A DNA stretch of 64,000 nt from Piromyces finnis finn (GCA_002104945.1 MCFH01000065.1:62001-126000), one strand, 5' to 3'. Shown: positions 12,748 through 23,900, numbered from the stretch's first letter. Notes: a model not told the origin generated them from the letters alone. Numbers and translations are program-made.

Positions 12748-14092
12748 ATTAATTATTAATTACTTCTATCAAATATTATTTATTTTTAATAAACTTTTTT
12801 TTATATAATTTTTGAAATATTAATTTATCCTTTTTTGTGTTAATTAGTAAATTTCAAATTCTAGACCTTTTCTTTGTTTTTTATATTTTAATCTTAAATA
12901 TTATTATTGTTAATTAGGGTTACTATTTGTTGTTGTTGATGATAAAAATAATTTCAATATTGGACACATTAAATATAATAAAAAGTAAATTTTTATGGAA
13001 TATTTATATATTGATTAAACAAAATTTAATAATTACATATAACTTTATTAAAATTTTTACATCTTTTCAATGAGGCTAATCTTAATATATTAATCTATCT
13101 TTTTATCGAAATTTATTTTAATTACTTTATTGTCGAATACACAAATATATTCATTCAATATTATTATAATATATTTAAATTTTAATACTTCTTTATACAT
13201 GTTTTAGATATTTATCTAATATATTAATCAATTTTTTTTCTAGTACATTTTATACTAATACATAAAATATATTTGAGAAAATTTTAATAATACACAATTA
13301 AATTTATAATAAATTATTATTGCATCAGTAATAATGAATCAATTATAACCATATAGTTCAATAAATATAAACTTTTTGTCATATTAATTTTATTATTATT
13401 ATTATTATTATTATTTTTTGAATGTTGGTAAAAAATTAAAATATTATTTATTTATTTATTTATAGTATTAAATGTATCTTTATGTTTTAATTTATTATCG
13501 AGTTTTATTTTCATTTTTTTACAAACCAGATTTTTTTTTAAAAATTATATTAATTTATATATCCTAACCCTATTACTTAACATTAAAAGATCAAAAGGAT
13601 TAGTACAATAATTTTTTTAGCATTTAAGTATGTAAATTATTTAATTTCTAATGTTTAATTAAAATAAATAATAAAATTAAAACATAATTAATAATAGAAA
13701 TGTAATATTTTATTATATATATATATTTATATAATATTTAGCATTAAAATATATGTATGTTTGTATTTCATTATTAATATTAAAATCCTTAATTTTATCG
13801 ATCCATTTATTATTGTGAACATTTATGGACACATAATTTTATTTATTTATATCATATATTTATAAACACACGTGACTAACTTATAAAAAACATAAACATG
13901 AAACATGTATTTAAAGTGTTGTAAACGTAATGTCTACGTGTTGTAGAGATAGTTATTTTTTATTTATTTTATTTTATTTTCTATGGTTACATGACCTTAC
14001 ATCTCATTATATAACTGTAATATTTACAATGTAATTTTTTCTCTTTGTTAACCTTATTAATAAAATTATTTATTAATTAAATTTATTTCACA

Positions 14093-14106
14093 GATTAAGA
14101 GTCTCA
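14093..14106 (+). other. Copia PBS complementary to the tRNA-Lys(CUU) anticodon stem-loop (half-tRNA primer)
   Basis: GATTAAGAGTCTCA abuts the LTR end; its reverse complement TGAGACTCTTAATC is the tRNA-Lys(CTT) anticodon-arm sequence (nt 27-40); the same 14-mer recurs at 16932-16945. Confidence 0.8.
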
Positions 14107-14178
14107 AACTCTAATCAATAATAAAAATTTCTTAAGAAAAATTTAAAGCAAAATTTTTTGTGTGTTTAAAATTTTAGT

Positions 14179-14281
14179 ATGTCCCAGCAATTAATTTTAG
14201 CCAATGATCAACGTCTTCATGGAAAATCCAACTTTGATACTTGGAGTCTTTTAATCAAGTCAGCTGCTTCTAGACAGGGTC
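14179..14281 (+). pseudogene. Copia gag N-terminus, truncated by a Ty3 LTR insertion
   Basis: MSQQLILANDQRLHGKSNFDTWSLLIKSAASRQG has the copia L.G.SNF..W N-terminal pattern and is homologous to 18159 onward. Confidence 0.75.
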
Positions 14282-15004
14282 TGTAAAGATATAAAGTATA
14301 TCTTTAAATTATTTAATAATTAATTAATAATTATTGAATAATAATTTTGATATTTTAATAAAAAATTGTTTATAAAATTTATTATATAAATTTTATGGAA
14401 TAATTAAATAAAGATTAATTTTAAAATATCAAAGTTACAAATGAAATTTGGATAAATATTTAAATTAATGGATAATTAAATTTAAATATTTTAAATATTC
14501 AAATTAAATCTTAAAAAGTTTTTATTTAATTAAAATTAGTTTAATAACTTTAGCGTAGTTTGAAATTAACATTTTTAATTATAAATATATAATAAATAGT
14601 ATTATTAGTATTTAATAAATATATAGGTAATACATGGACTGTATTCAATTTGCAGTTTACTCAAATTGAATCAAAAGTGTATTTAATTAGTTTTAGTTTA
14701 GTTTTATTATTTTATTATTTAATTAAATTAGTATTAAATTAGTTTTGTTTATTTTATATTGAATATATGTATAATTAAATAGAATAATATATTAAAATAT
14801 AATTTACAAAAAATATAAATACATGTAAAATTTCTTTATTAAAACGATGTAATTGTTATTGACTATTATTTAGTTAATAACTAAATAAAATTAATAAAAG
14901 AGAGATTTTAAATAGATTTTGTTTTTCTTGTTTCTTTTTATTTATTTCGTGTTTTGTGTTTTATTGTAAAATTTTATAATCTGTTTTTTTTATAAACTTT
15001 TACA
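14282..15004 (+). mobile_element. 5' LTR of Ty3 family B inserted in the copia gag
   Basis: TGTAAAGATATA..TTTTACA; start matches the 3' LTR at 23184; followed by PBS, 5' UTR and Ty3 gag. Confidence 0.85.
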
Positions 15005-15015
15005 ATAACAATTAC
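15005..15015 (+). other. Self-priming PBS of Ty3 family B
   Basis: ATAACAATTAC is the exact reverse complement of GTAATTGTTAT at 14849-14859 in the LTR. Confidence 0.82.
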
Positions 15016-15079
15016 CTTTGTTCTAATAAAACACGTTATAAAATTTTTTAATAAAACATATTTAATAAATTTTTTTTAA

Positions 15080-15160
15080 CTACCGCGTCTAAAGGAATAT
15101 CTACCGCGTTTTCAGGAATATCTACCGTATATATAGGAAAATCTACCGCGTTTTGGAGTT
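15080..15160 (+). repeat. Four imperfect 21-bp tandem units (CTACCG(C/T).. core) in the family B 5' UTR
   Basis: CTACCG starts at 15080, 15101, 15122 and 15143. Confidence 0.9.
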
Positions 15161-15341
15161 TTATCATACTTTCTGAGGATTTGTTAATCTAGTGCCTGTT
15201 ACTCAAAGGTCTTCCATATATTATATTTAATTTTGTTATAATATTTTTAAGAGCTTGTCTAACACCGTTTGACAGGATAGAGTTACGACGACATCTTAAC
15301 TTAAATATTATAAAAAATTAAATACTTATAACATAATCATA

Positions 15342-15980
15342 TTGGAAGAAATAAATCATCTCTTAGATAATTTACATTTAAACGAAAACATGGAACGCCA
15401 AGGAGCGTCCTTGAGGATAGTCAATGATCCTCCAGTTTTCTCGGGCCGCAGACAAGAACTAGATGGGTTCTTGACTAGGGTTGAGCTAGCTATTGAAGCC
15501 AACCCTGATAGATTTGTTAGTGATGAAGCGAGAGTTCGCTTCTTGATATCCTACTTTGTTAATAGGCCTCTAAAATGGGCTGCTCGTTTAAGACAAAATA
15601 ACGACGCCGTTCTAAGGAACTATGATCAGTTTATTGCTTCCCTTCGTACCAATTTCGGAGATCCGAATAATGATACGATTGTTGCAAATGGAAGACTATG
15701 CAACATTAAACAAAGAAAATTTGGCAAGGTGTTAGAATACATCAACGAATTCCAACGCGTTAGCCAAAATTTGAATTTCAACGAAGCAGCTAAAATATAC
15801 ATGTTCACAAAAGGATTACATCCGAAAATGCGTGAACATTTAGCTGTAGTTAATTCAACCCCTTCTCAGTTAGAGCGTCTTTATTCCGATGTCCTTAGTA
15901 TTGAAAATCTTACTAAGAGAAATGATATCAGTGAATACTATATGACGCAGAAGACTTTAAATCTACCTCTGGAGGGATAA
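15342..15980 (+). CDS. Ty3 Gag capsid ORF (C-terminally truncated; last ~12 codons are out-of-frame copia sequence)
   Basis: DPPVFSGRRQELDGFL..ARVRFLISYF..KWA..F..LRTNFGD..YINEFQ..FTKGL, homologous to the family A gag. Confidence 0.85.
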   Translation: MEEINHLLDNLHLNENMERQGASLRIVNDPPVFSGRRQELDGFLTRVELAIEANPDRFVSDEARVRFLISYFVNRPLKWAARLRQNNDAVLRNYDQFIASLRTNFGDPNNDTIVANGRLCNIKQRKFGKVLEYINEFQRVSQNLNFNEAAKIYMFTKGLHPKMREHLAVVNSTPSQLERLYSDVLSIENLTKRNDISEYYMTQKTLNLPLEG

Positions 15981-16375
15981 TCTTAATGGGAAACAGCCCA
16001 ATATGCTGGTTGTCAAAAAAACAAACATGTGTGGCTACGTCTACCGCTGAGGCTGAGTACATCAGTACGTCAATGAATACGAAGAAAATCCTATGGATCA
16101 AAAATATGGTAGATGAAATTTTTAATTACAACAAAAATATAACTTTATTCACCGACAACAAGGCAAGCAAGAAAATAATAGAAAACGGTGAAATAAACAC
16201 AAAGTTAAAACACATAAATATACACTACCATTTCATTATAGACAACATAGAAAAGAACAATATAAAAATAGAATATTTAAACACTAAAGAAATGCTAGCT
16301 GACCCTTTAACTAAAGATCTACCTGGTCCAAGAATATTTGAATATACAAATAAGATATTCTTAAAGAAAATCTAA
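15944..16375 (+). pseudogene. Copia RNase H C-terminal fragment
   Basis: DAEDFKSTSGGIILMGNSPICWLSKKQTCVATSTAEAEY..DNKAS..KHINIHYHFI..MLADPLTK is the canonical copia pol end. Confidence 0.93.
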
Positions 16376-16959
16376 TTTGAGGGGGAGTGTGAACATTTAT
16401 GGACACATAATTTTATTTATTTATATCATATATTTATAAACACATGATGACTAACTTATAAAAAACATAAACATGAAACATGTGTTAAAAGTGTTGTAAA
16501 CGTAATGTCCACGTGTTGTAGAGATAGTTATTTTTTATTTATTTTATTTTATTTTCTATGATCACATGACCTTACATCTCATTATATAACTGTAATATTT
16601 ACAATGTAATTTTTTCTCTTTGTTAACCTTATTAATAAAATTATTTATTAATTAAATTTATTTCACAATTATAATGATAAAACTATTATATACTAAAAAT
16701 TTTTTTTTAAAAAAAAAGAAATGATGAAATATTTTATAATATCAAATTATCAATTAAACGTATAATAATATAATAGATTAATTACATTTAACATAAATTC
16801 TTATATGATTATTTTTATATTTTTTTTAAATAATAATATATTTATTTATAATATTTATAGAATTTATATTTTTCAAAAGGTTTGAATAATTAAATAATAA
16901 TAAATATATTATAAATATTTAAATTCTAACAGATTAAGAGTCTCAACTGGCTCACAAAG

Positions 16960-18129
16960 TGTAAAGATATCAAACGCCTCTGTTTGATATCTTTAATGTA
17001 ACTTAAGCCACAAGTATTATTGTTTAAGTTACACAAATTATATTCAGAAAAATAAAATGAGACATAATTTATTTTTAATGTTTAACAAGTAAATTAAAAT
17101 TCTCAATTTAAATCCCTAGTTTTAGTATTGTTTTTTTTATAGAAATAGATAAATAATAAATGATTAATATATCAATAATACATGGGCACATATTCAAATT
17201 AAATGGTACTTAATTTGAATTGCCAATTGTATTTTACTAAAAATAGTTATAGTTTAAATATTTATTAATAATTAAGATTTTAGTGTAGATTTTAAATAAT
17301 AATATATAAGAAATAAATAGTTATAATATAATATAAATGTATTTAGGAAATGTAATGTTGAACACTGAAAGAATAGATTAGGATATCTATTCTATTACAA
17401 TAACACTAAATTTAAAATAAAAATAAAAAATTGTTTTATTAAAAATATCTTTTATTATAATAGAATTTTAATAATAACAATTACATCGATAAAATGATGA
17501 AAAATATCTTCTATTTATATTTTTCCTAAATACATTTATATTATATTATAACTATTTATTTCTTATATATTATTATTTAAAATCTACACTAAAATCTTAA
17601 TTATTAATAAATATTTAAACTATAACTATTTTTAGTAAAATACAATTGGCAATTCAAATTAAGTACCATTTAATTTGAATATGTGCCCATGTATTATTGA
17701 TATATTAATCATTTATTATTTATCTATTTCTATAAAAAAACAATACTAAAACTAGGGATTTAAATTGAGAATATTAATTTACTTGTTAAACATTAAAAAT
17801 AAATTAATAATTTATTTTGTTTTAAACTTTAATTATTAATAAATAAATTTTGTCTCATTTTCTTTTTCTGAATATAATTTGTGTAACTTAAACAATAATA
17901 CTTGTGGCTTAAGTTACATTAAAGATATCAAACAGAGGCGTTTGATATCTTTACAGGAAAAATATAAATAGAAGATATTTTTCATCATTTTGATCGATGT
18001 AATTGTTATTAATAAAATTTCTATTATAATAAAAGATATTTTTATAAAAAACAATTTTTTTTCTTATTTCAAATTTTAGTGTTATTGTAATAGAATAGAT
18101 AATCTATTCTTCCAGTGTCCAACATTACA
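16960..18129 (+). mobile_element. Solo LTR of Ty3 family C (outer), split by an inverted copy of the same LTR
   Basis: 16960-17350 plus 17956-18129 reconstruct the 20181-20787 LTR; TSD CAAAG (16955-16959, 18130-18134). Confidence 0.92.
17351..17955 (-). mobile_element. Solo LTR of family C (inner, inverted)
   Basis: Reverse complement of the family C LTR; TSD GGAAA (17346-17350, 17956-17960). Confidence 0.92.
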
Positions 18130-18554
18130 CAAAGAAACATTATAAAATATAAAATAAAATGCCTGAATTCATATTAAGTGAAAAAGATAAATTACAAGGC
18201 AGTTCCAACTTTGATATATGGTACTGCACAATTGAAGGCTACTTAAAGGCCAAACAGCTTGGTGGTTACATTAAGAGTAACTACAAAACATTCAATGAAC
18301 CAAGCAAATTTGAACCAAATGAATGAGATTATGGAGTTATTTAAATTACTCGAAAACTCATGCATGAATAAATCGAACATGGAAAAAAAAACTATCATGT
18401 ATAACCCTCTACCAAATATCCTCAAGGATAAAATATTAATGAGTTTTCAATACACTCCAGAAACATTATGAAATTATAAAAGATAGATACACTGTTACCA
18501 AATGGAATACAATAATAACCAAACCCATAACCAAAGGAATAACACTTTTAATTC

Positions 18555-18813
18555 TAATTTAGTTAGATTAGTTTTGTTTATTTTATATTAAATATATGTT
18601 TATTTAAATAGCATAATATATTAGAATATACTTATGAAAAAATATAAATACATGTAATTTTTATTTGTTAAATCAATGTAATTGTTATTTTAAATTTTGA
18701 TAATTAATAAAAGTAAAAAGTTGTGATAAAAAATATTCTTTTATTTTTTTTGTTTTCGTGTTTAGTTGTTTTATTGTTAAATATATAATCTGTTATAAGA
18801 TTAATATTTTACA
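18555..18813 (+). mobile_element. 3' part of a family-B-related LTR
   Basis: Similar to 1400-1661 and 14720-15004; ends TTTTACA. Confidence 0.65.
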
Positions 18814-19160
18814 AACTATAACTATTTTAGTAAAACTAAATAGGCAATTCAAATTAAATACTACTTGTTTTGAATATATGCCCATGTATTATTTATATAT
18901 TAATCATTTATTATTTATATACTATTTATCTATTTCTATCAAAAACAATACTAAAACTAATAAATTAAATTGAGAAATTTAATTTATATATAGAATATCA
19001 AAAATAAATTATTAATTTATTTATTTTAAACTTTAATTATTAATAAATAAATTATGTCTCATTTTCTTTTTCTGTAATATAATTTGTGTAACTTAAACAA
19101 TAATATTTGTGATTTAAGTTATATTAAAGATATCAAGCTGAGGCGTTTGATATCTTTACA
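18814..19160 (-). mobile_element. Partial, diverged inverted family C LTR
   Basis: Ends AAAGATATCAAGCTGAGGCGTTTGATATCTTTACA, the reverse complement of the family C LTR start. Confidence 0.8.
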
Positions 19161-22100
19161 TTGGGAAAGGACTGAGAAATGCATGATCAGATGCAAAAAT
19201 CACTACGAAGTAATTCAACTTTATGGATTACAAGTCCTTGGTGTTGGTGTTGATGCTATTCTTGATTTGTCGTGGGTAAAGAAGCATAATCAAAATGCTT
19301 TCTACGATTCTAAGAAAATTGCTTTTAGTTCTTGTTATTGTGCAAGAAACTGTAACAAAGGAAAAAGTAAAAAAAAACCAAGAAAGAAGTCAAAGAATGA
19401 TCAGTTAGATCATGATGTTCTTGACCGAAGCTTAACCAAGAAGCCGAAAGTAGATCCCTCCGTCCCAAACCATGAAGAAAAAGAATAGTGATGATGAATA
19501 TATTAGTTTTAACAAAAAAGTTAAATGTATTGTAAAATTAATGAAACATGTAATAATTATTACGAATCATGTAGTGATAACAATAATAATGGAAAAGATA
19601 TTAATAAAGATAAATTGGTCGCCGTACCAACTTAATATTTAGAATTTAGTGAAGTGTTTAATGAAAAAAATTGTGAAGTGTTACCTCCTCATAGACCTTA
19701 TGATTGTGAAATCAAGCTTAAGGATGATTCGACTTTATTTTATGGACCTTTGTATCCATTAACTGAAGTTGAAAGAGAGGAACTTAAAAAATATATAGAT
19801 GATAATCTAAATAAAGGTTTTATTAGGAAATCATCGTCTCCTGCTGATGTCCCAATTTTGTTTGTTAAAAAGAAGGATGGCTCCCTAAGACTTTGTATCG
19901 ATTATAGGAAGTTGAATGACATTACAATTCGTAATTTCAATCTTTTACCTTTAATTAGTTACCTTCTGGATAGAGAGAAAAATGCTAAGATTTTTACCAA
20001 ATTAGACCTTAAATCCGCTTATAATCTTGTTCGTATTAAAGAAGGTGATGAATACAAAGCGGCTTTTCGTACTAGATATGGTCATTTTGAATATCTGATT
20101 ATTCCTTTGGATTATAGAATGCATCTGCAACTTTTCAACACTTCATTAACGATGCTCTTAGTGATTATTTAGATGATTTTTGTAAAGATATCAAACGCCT
20201 CTGTTTGATATCTTTAATGTAACTTAAGCCACAAGTATTATTGTTTAAGTTACACAAATTATATTCAGAAAAAGAAAATGAGACAAAATTTATTTATTAA
20301 TAATTAAAGTTTAAAACAAAATAAATTATTAATTTATTTTTAATGTTTAACAAGTAAATTAATATTCTCAATTTAAATCCCTAGTTTTAGTATTGTTTTT
20401 TTTATAGAAATAGATAAATAATAAATGATTAATATATCAATAATACATGGGCACATATTCAAATTAAATGGTACTTAATTTGAATTGCCAATTGTATTTT
20501 ACTAAAAATAGTTATAGTTTAAATATTTATTAATAATTAAGATTTTAGTGTAGATTTTAAATAATAATATATAAGAAATAAATAGTTATAATATAATATA
20601 AATGTATTTAGGAAAAATATAAATAGAAGATATTTTTCATCATTTTATCGATGTAATTGTTATTATTAAAATTCTATTATAATAAAAGATATTTTATAAA
20701 ACAATTTTTTATTTTATTTTTCAAATTTTTGTGTTATTGTAATAGGTTAGATATCCTAATCTATTCGGTTTAGTGTCTGACTTTACAATTTTGTTATCTC
20801 ATAAATTGATGATATTCTTATTTATTCTAATAATATCGAAGAACATCATGAGTATGTTAAAAAGATACTTAAGAAACTACTTGAAAATAATCTTTACGTT
20901 AAATTAGAAAAATGTGAGTTTGATGTTTCAGGAACCACTTTCCTTGGTTATGTATTATCCAAAGATGGTCTAAAAATGGATAGAGATAAAGTTAAAGCTA
21001 TCCTCGACTGGCCTGTTTCTACAAATATTAAAGAAGTCCAATATTTTATTGGATTATGCAATTATTATAGAATTTTTATTAAAGATCAGCTCCTATCTTA
21101 ATGAACCCTGATAGCAACAAACCTTTTATTGTAGAGACTGACGCTAGTAACTTTGCAGTCGGTGCAATTCTTTCACAAGAGTTTGAAGGGCAATTGCACC
21201 CTATTGCTTTTATTTCATCTAGTTTAACCAAGTCTCAAAGAAACTATCAAATTTATGATAAAGAGTTGCTTGCTATCAAAGTGGCTCTTGAAGAATGGAG
21301 GCACTATCTGGAAGGTGCAAAGCATCAGTTCATCATTTATACTGATCATAAGAATTTAACTTTTCCAAGAAAGCCTGAAATGCTCTCACAAAGACAGATA
21401 AGATGGTATGAATTCTTATCTAGATTTGATTTTAAGTTAATATATAGGGCTGGAAAAAAGTTTGGCAAACCTGATTTGTTATCCAGTCGTAATGATCACA
21501 TTTGTAATGATAGTAATAATAATAGAGTTAATGAAAATATCGAATGTAGTAATTTTAGTTGTAATTTTATTTCATGTAATGTAATTAATTCTTTTAATAA
21601 AGATGATTATTTAATTAATTCTATTTTATGTTCTTTAAAAAATGATGATTTATATAATAAAGTTTGTGTATTTTTAAGTGATAATAATTCTTCGTCCTAT
21701 CCGATTAGGAATATTAATAAAGTTAAAGTTGATAAAGAAGGATTTTTACTTAACGATAATTTAATTTATGTTCCTTCTTCATTAAGAACTAAAGTTTTAG
21801 AATTACATCATGATTCTATTTCTGTTGGTCACTTTGGTGTTAATAAAACTATTGAATTAATTAGTAGAAATTTTTGGTGGCCAAAGTTTAGTTATAATGT
21901 TAAAAAGTTTATAAAGTCTTGTGAAACTTATTGTAAAGCTAAAGTTCCAAGACATAAACCATATGGTTTGCTTTCTCCTCTTTCCACTCCCAATAAGGCT
22001 TGGTCAGAATTGTCAATGGATATTATTGTCGAGCTTCCAAAATCCAAAGACATGATCACCATTATGGTTGTAGTTGATAGGTTAACAAAAATGGCGCATT

Positions 22101-23280
22101 TTATTCCTTTAAGATGTTTGCCTACTACTTCTATAGCAGCTGATGTTTTTGTTAACAATATCTTTAGATTACATGTTTTTCCTGATTCCATCATTTCTGA
22201 TCGAGGTACTCAATTTACTTCTGATTTTTGGAATCGTTTATGTAATTTGTTAAATATAAAACTTGCTTTCTCTACTGCAAACCATCCTGAAACTGATGGT
22301 CAAACGGAGAGGATGAACGGGATATTGGAACAATATCTCCGTTGTTTTATTAATGAAAAACAGAATAACTGGGTTGATTTGTTACCTTTTGCTGAATTTG
22401 CTTATAACAATACTTTACAGCAATCAATCAACCAATCTCCGTTTTTCGCTAATTATGGGTTCAATCCAAAATTTAATCCTGAAATTCCTTCAGCGAATAG
22501 ACCAAATAGAGCTGAGCAAAGAATTTTAGATATTAATGAAAACATTAAATTTTTAAAAGAAAATCTTGATCAAGCAAAAGAAACCTACAAAAAGTATGCT
22601 GATCAAAAGATAATGGAATCCCCAAATTTCGAAGTTGGTAAAAAAGTTTGGTTATTAAAAGGTATTAATCCTTCAAACAAAAATGTTAAAAGGAAACTTG
22701 CTGATCCAATGCTTGGACTTTTTGAAATAATCAAGAAGGTAAGTCCTTTAGCATTTGTATTAAAGTTACCAAACAATTTACGTTGCCACCCTGTTTTTCA
22801 TGTTTCGTTATTAGAACCTTATAACGAAAATGAATTTAAAAATAGATCAGTAATAAATAAAAGAAAAAATATTAAGTTAACTACTGATACTATTGGTAGG
22901 ATTTCTGATAAGATTATTTAAGGAAGAAATTATCATGGAAAGAAATCTTTCTTGATGACTTGGAAAAATCTTGATGAAAATACTTGGATCCCTGAAGATC
23001 AAATTACAGATGTACAATTAATCCAAGAATTTTATATAAAAAATAAAAAGTCTAGAAAAGAAAGTCAAGATTAAGTGTATACAAGGAATAACAATGGTAT
23101 GATCAGATATAGATATCAACCATTTGTAATTGATATTCCTTCAAAGAAATAATCTCGCAGGAGCTCGACTTAAAGGGCGAGATTGTAAAGATATAAAATA
23201 TATCTTTAAATTAATTAATAATTAATTAATAATTATTGAATAATAATTTTGATATTTTAATGAAATTTGGATAAATATTA
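19161..23280 (+). mobile_element. Decayed Ty3 chromovirus (family B): protease remnant, RT, RNase H, integrase, chromodomain, PPT and deleted 3' LTR (starts 23184)
   Basis: ORF fragments 19654-20172 ([19 protein letters not shown]) and 21101-22921 (ETDASNFAVG, HHDSISVGHFG, SDRG, QTER); chromodomain remnant ~22920-23050; AAAGGGCGAGA before TGTAAAGATATA; stops and frameshifts. Confidence 0.93.
20181..20787 (+). mobile_element. Solo LTR of family C inserted in the RT coding region
   Basis: TGTAAAGATATC..CTTTACA flanked by TSD ATTTT; the RT sequence (YLDDF / VIS..DDILIYS) resumes across it. Confidence 0.95.
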
Positions 23281-23900
23281 TACTAATACAAAATATAATA
23301 ATAAATATAATAAAAACTGTCATATATATATTAGAATAATCCTTTTTTTGATAGTCATATATTATTATAACATTTTTCTTCTTCTCCACATTCATCATCA
23401 GAATTACATTTTTCTTCTCTAAGTAATGAACATTTAATTCCATATTCGTTTAGATGACTATAAGTTCTACAATTGTAAGTTGGATTATTTTCATTAGTCA
23501 TACATTAACATAATTATTAGAAAAGCATTCCCTGTTATGATTACAGGTATCTGTTTTACAGTATCCATTTTCGAATCCAGGTTTACTACAAGATGCCATA
23601 TTTATGCATTCATAGGTTGAATTACCATGAAATGTATATTGTGTATTAGTATCTTTGTTTTTAGGATTATTGAAACATACAGGATAAGAACAGTATCTTT
23701 CATAAAAGGTAAATCATCCATTTTTTCATAAGAATCAAAAAGAAGACATTTTTCATTTTTATGATAGAAAATATTATATCTACACAACTTAACGTTTTCT
23801 CCATTATAATCAATGTAACGTGAATCAAATGGACAGTACTCATCTACAGGAAGAATTCTTTTTTGTTAAAATAATATTCATAAAATATATATATATTAAT
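23280..23900 (-). pseudogene. Decayed Cys-rich, C-terminally hydrophobic (membrane-anchored) protein gene
   Basis: Manual minus-strand reading gives YCPFD..LCRYNIFY..YECINMASCSKPGFENGYCKTDTCNHNRECFS..YNC..KCSLLREEKCNSDDECG, then a hydrophobic stretch (VFIIFIIIFCISIIFI), across frameshifts and stops. Confidence 0.5.

Larger units (their letters stand above)
13814..16667 (+). mobile_element. Non-autonomous Ty1/Copia element (family D) with a nested, deleted Ty3 fragment
   Basis: LTRs 13814-14092 and 16388-16667 (TGTGAAC..TTCACA, a few differences); TSD ATTAT both sides; PBS 14093-14106; PPT TTGAGGGGGAG 16377-16387; copia gag start and RNase H end. Confidence 0.92.
16932..18540 (+). mobile_element. 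Second, related Copia remnant: PBS plus gag start (ATG 18159), interrupted by nested solo LTRs
   Basis: Same PBS GATTAAGAGTCTCA after ..CTAACA; MPEFILSEKDKLQGSSNFDIWYCTIEGYLKAKQLGGY resembles the 14179 gag; later stops and frameshifts. Its LTR ends at 16931 but the start is unresolved. Confidence 0.75.

Noticed and set aside
15080-15160. CRISPR-like array
   Set aside because: Eukaryotic retroelement leader, 21-bp total period, no spacers of CRISPR length and no cas genes.
19084-19488. 134-aa ORF as a gene
   Set aside because: It starts inside an inverted LTR fragment and runs into a decayed Ty3 protease, so it is a chance fusion.
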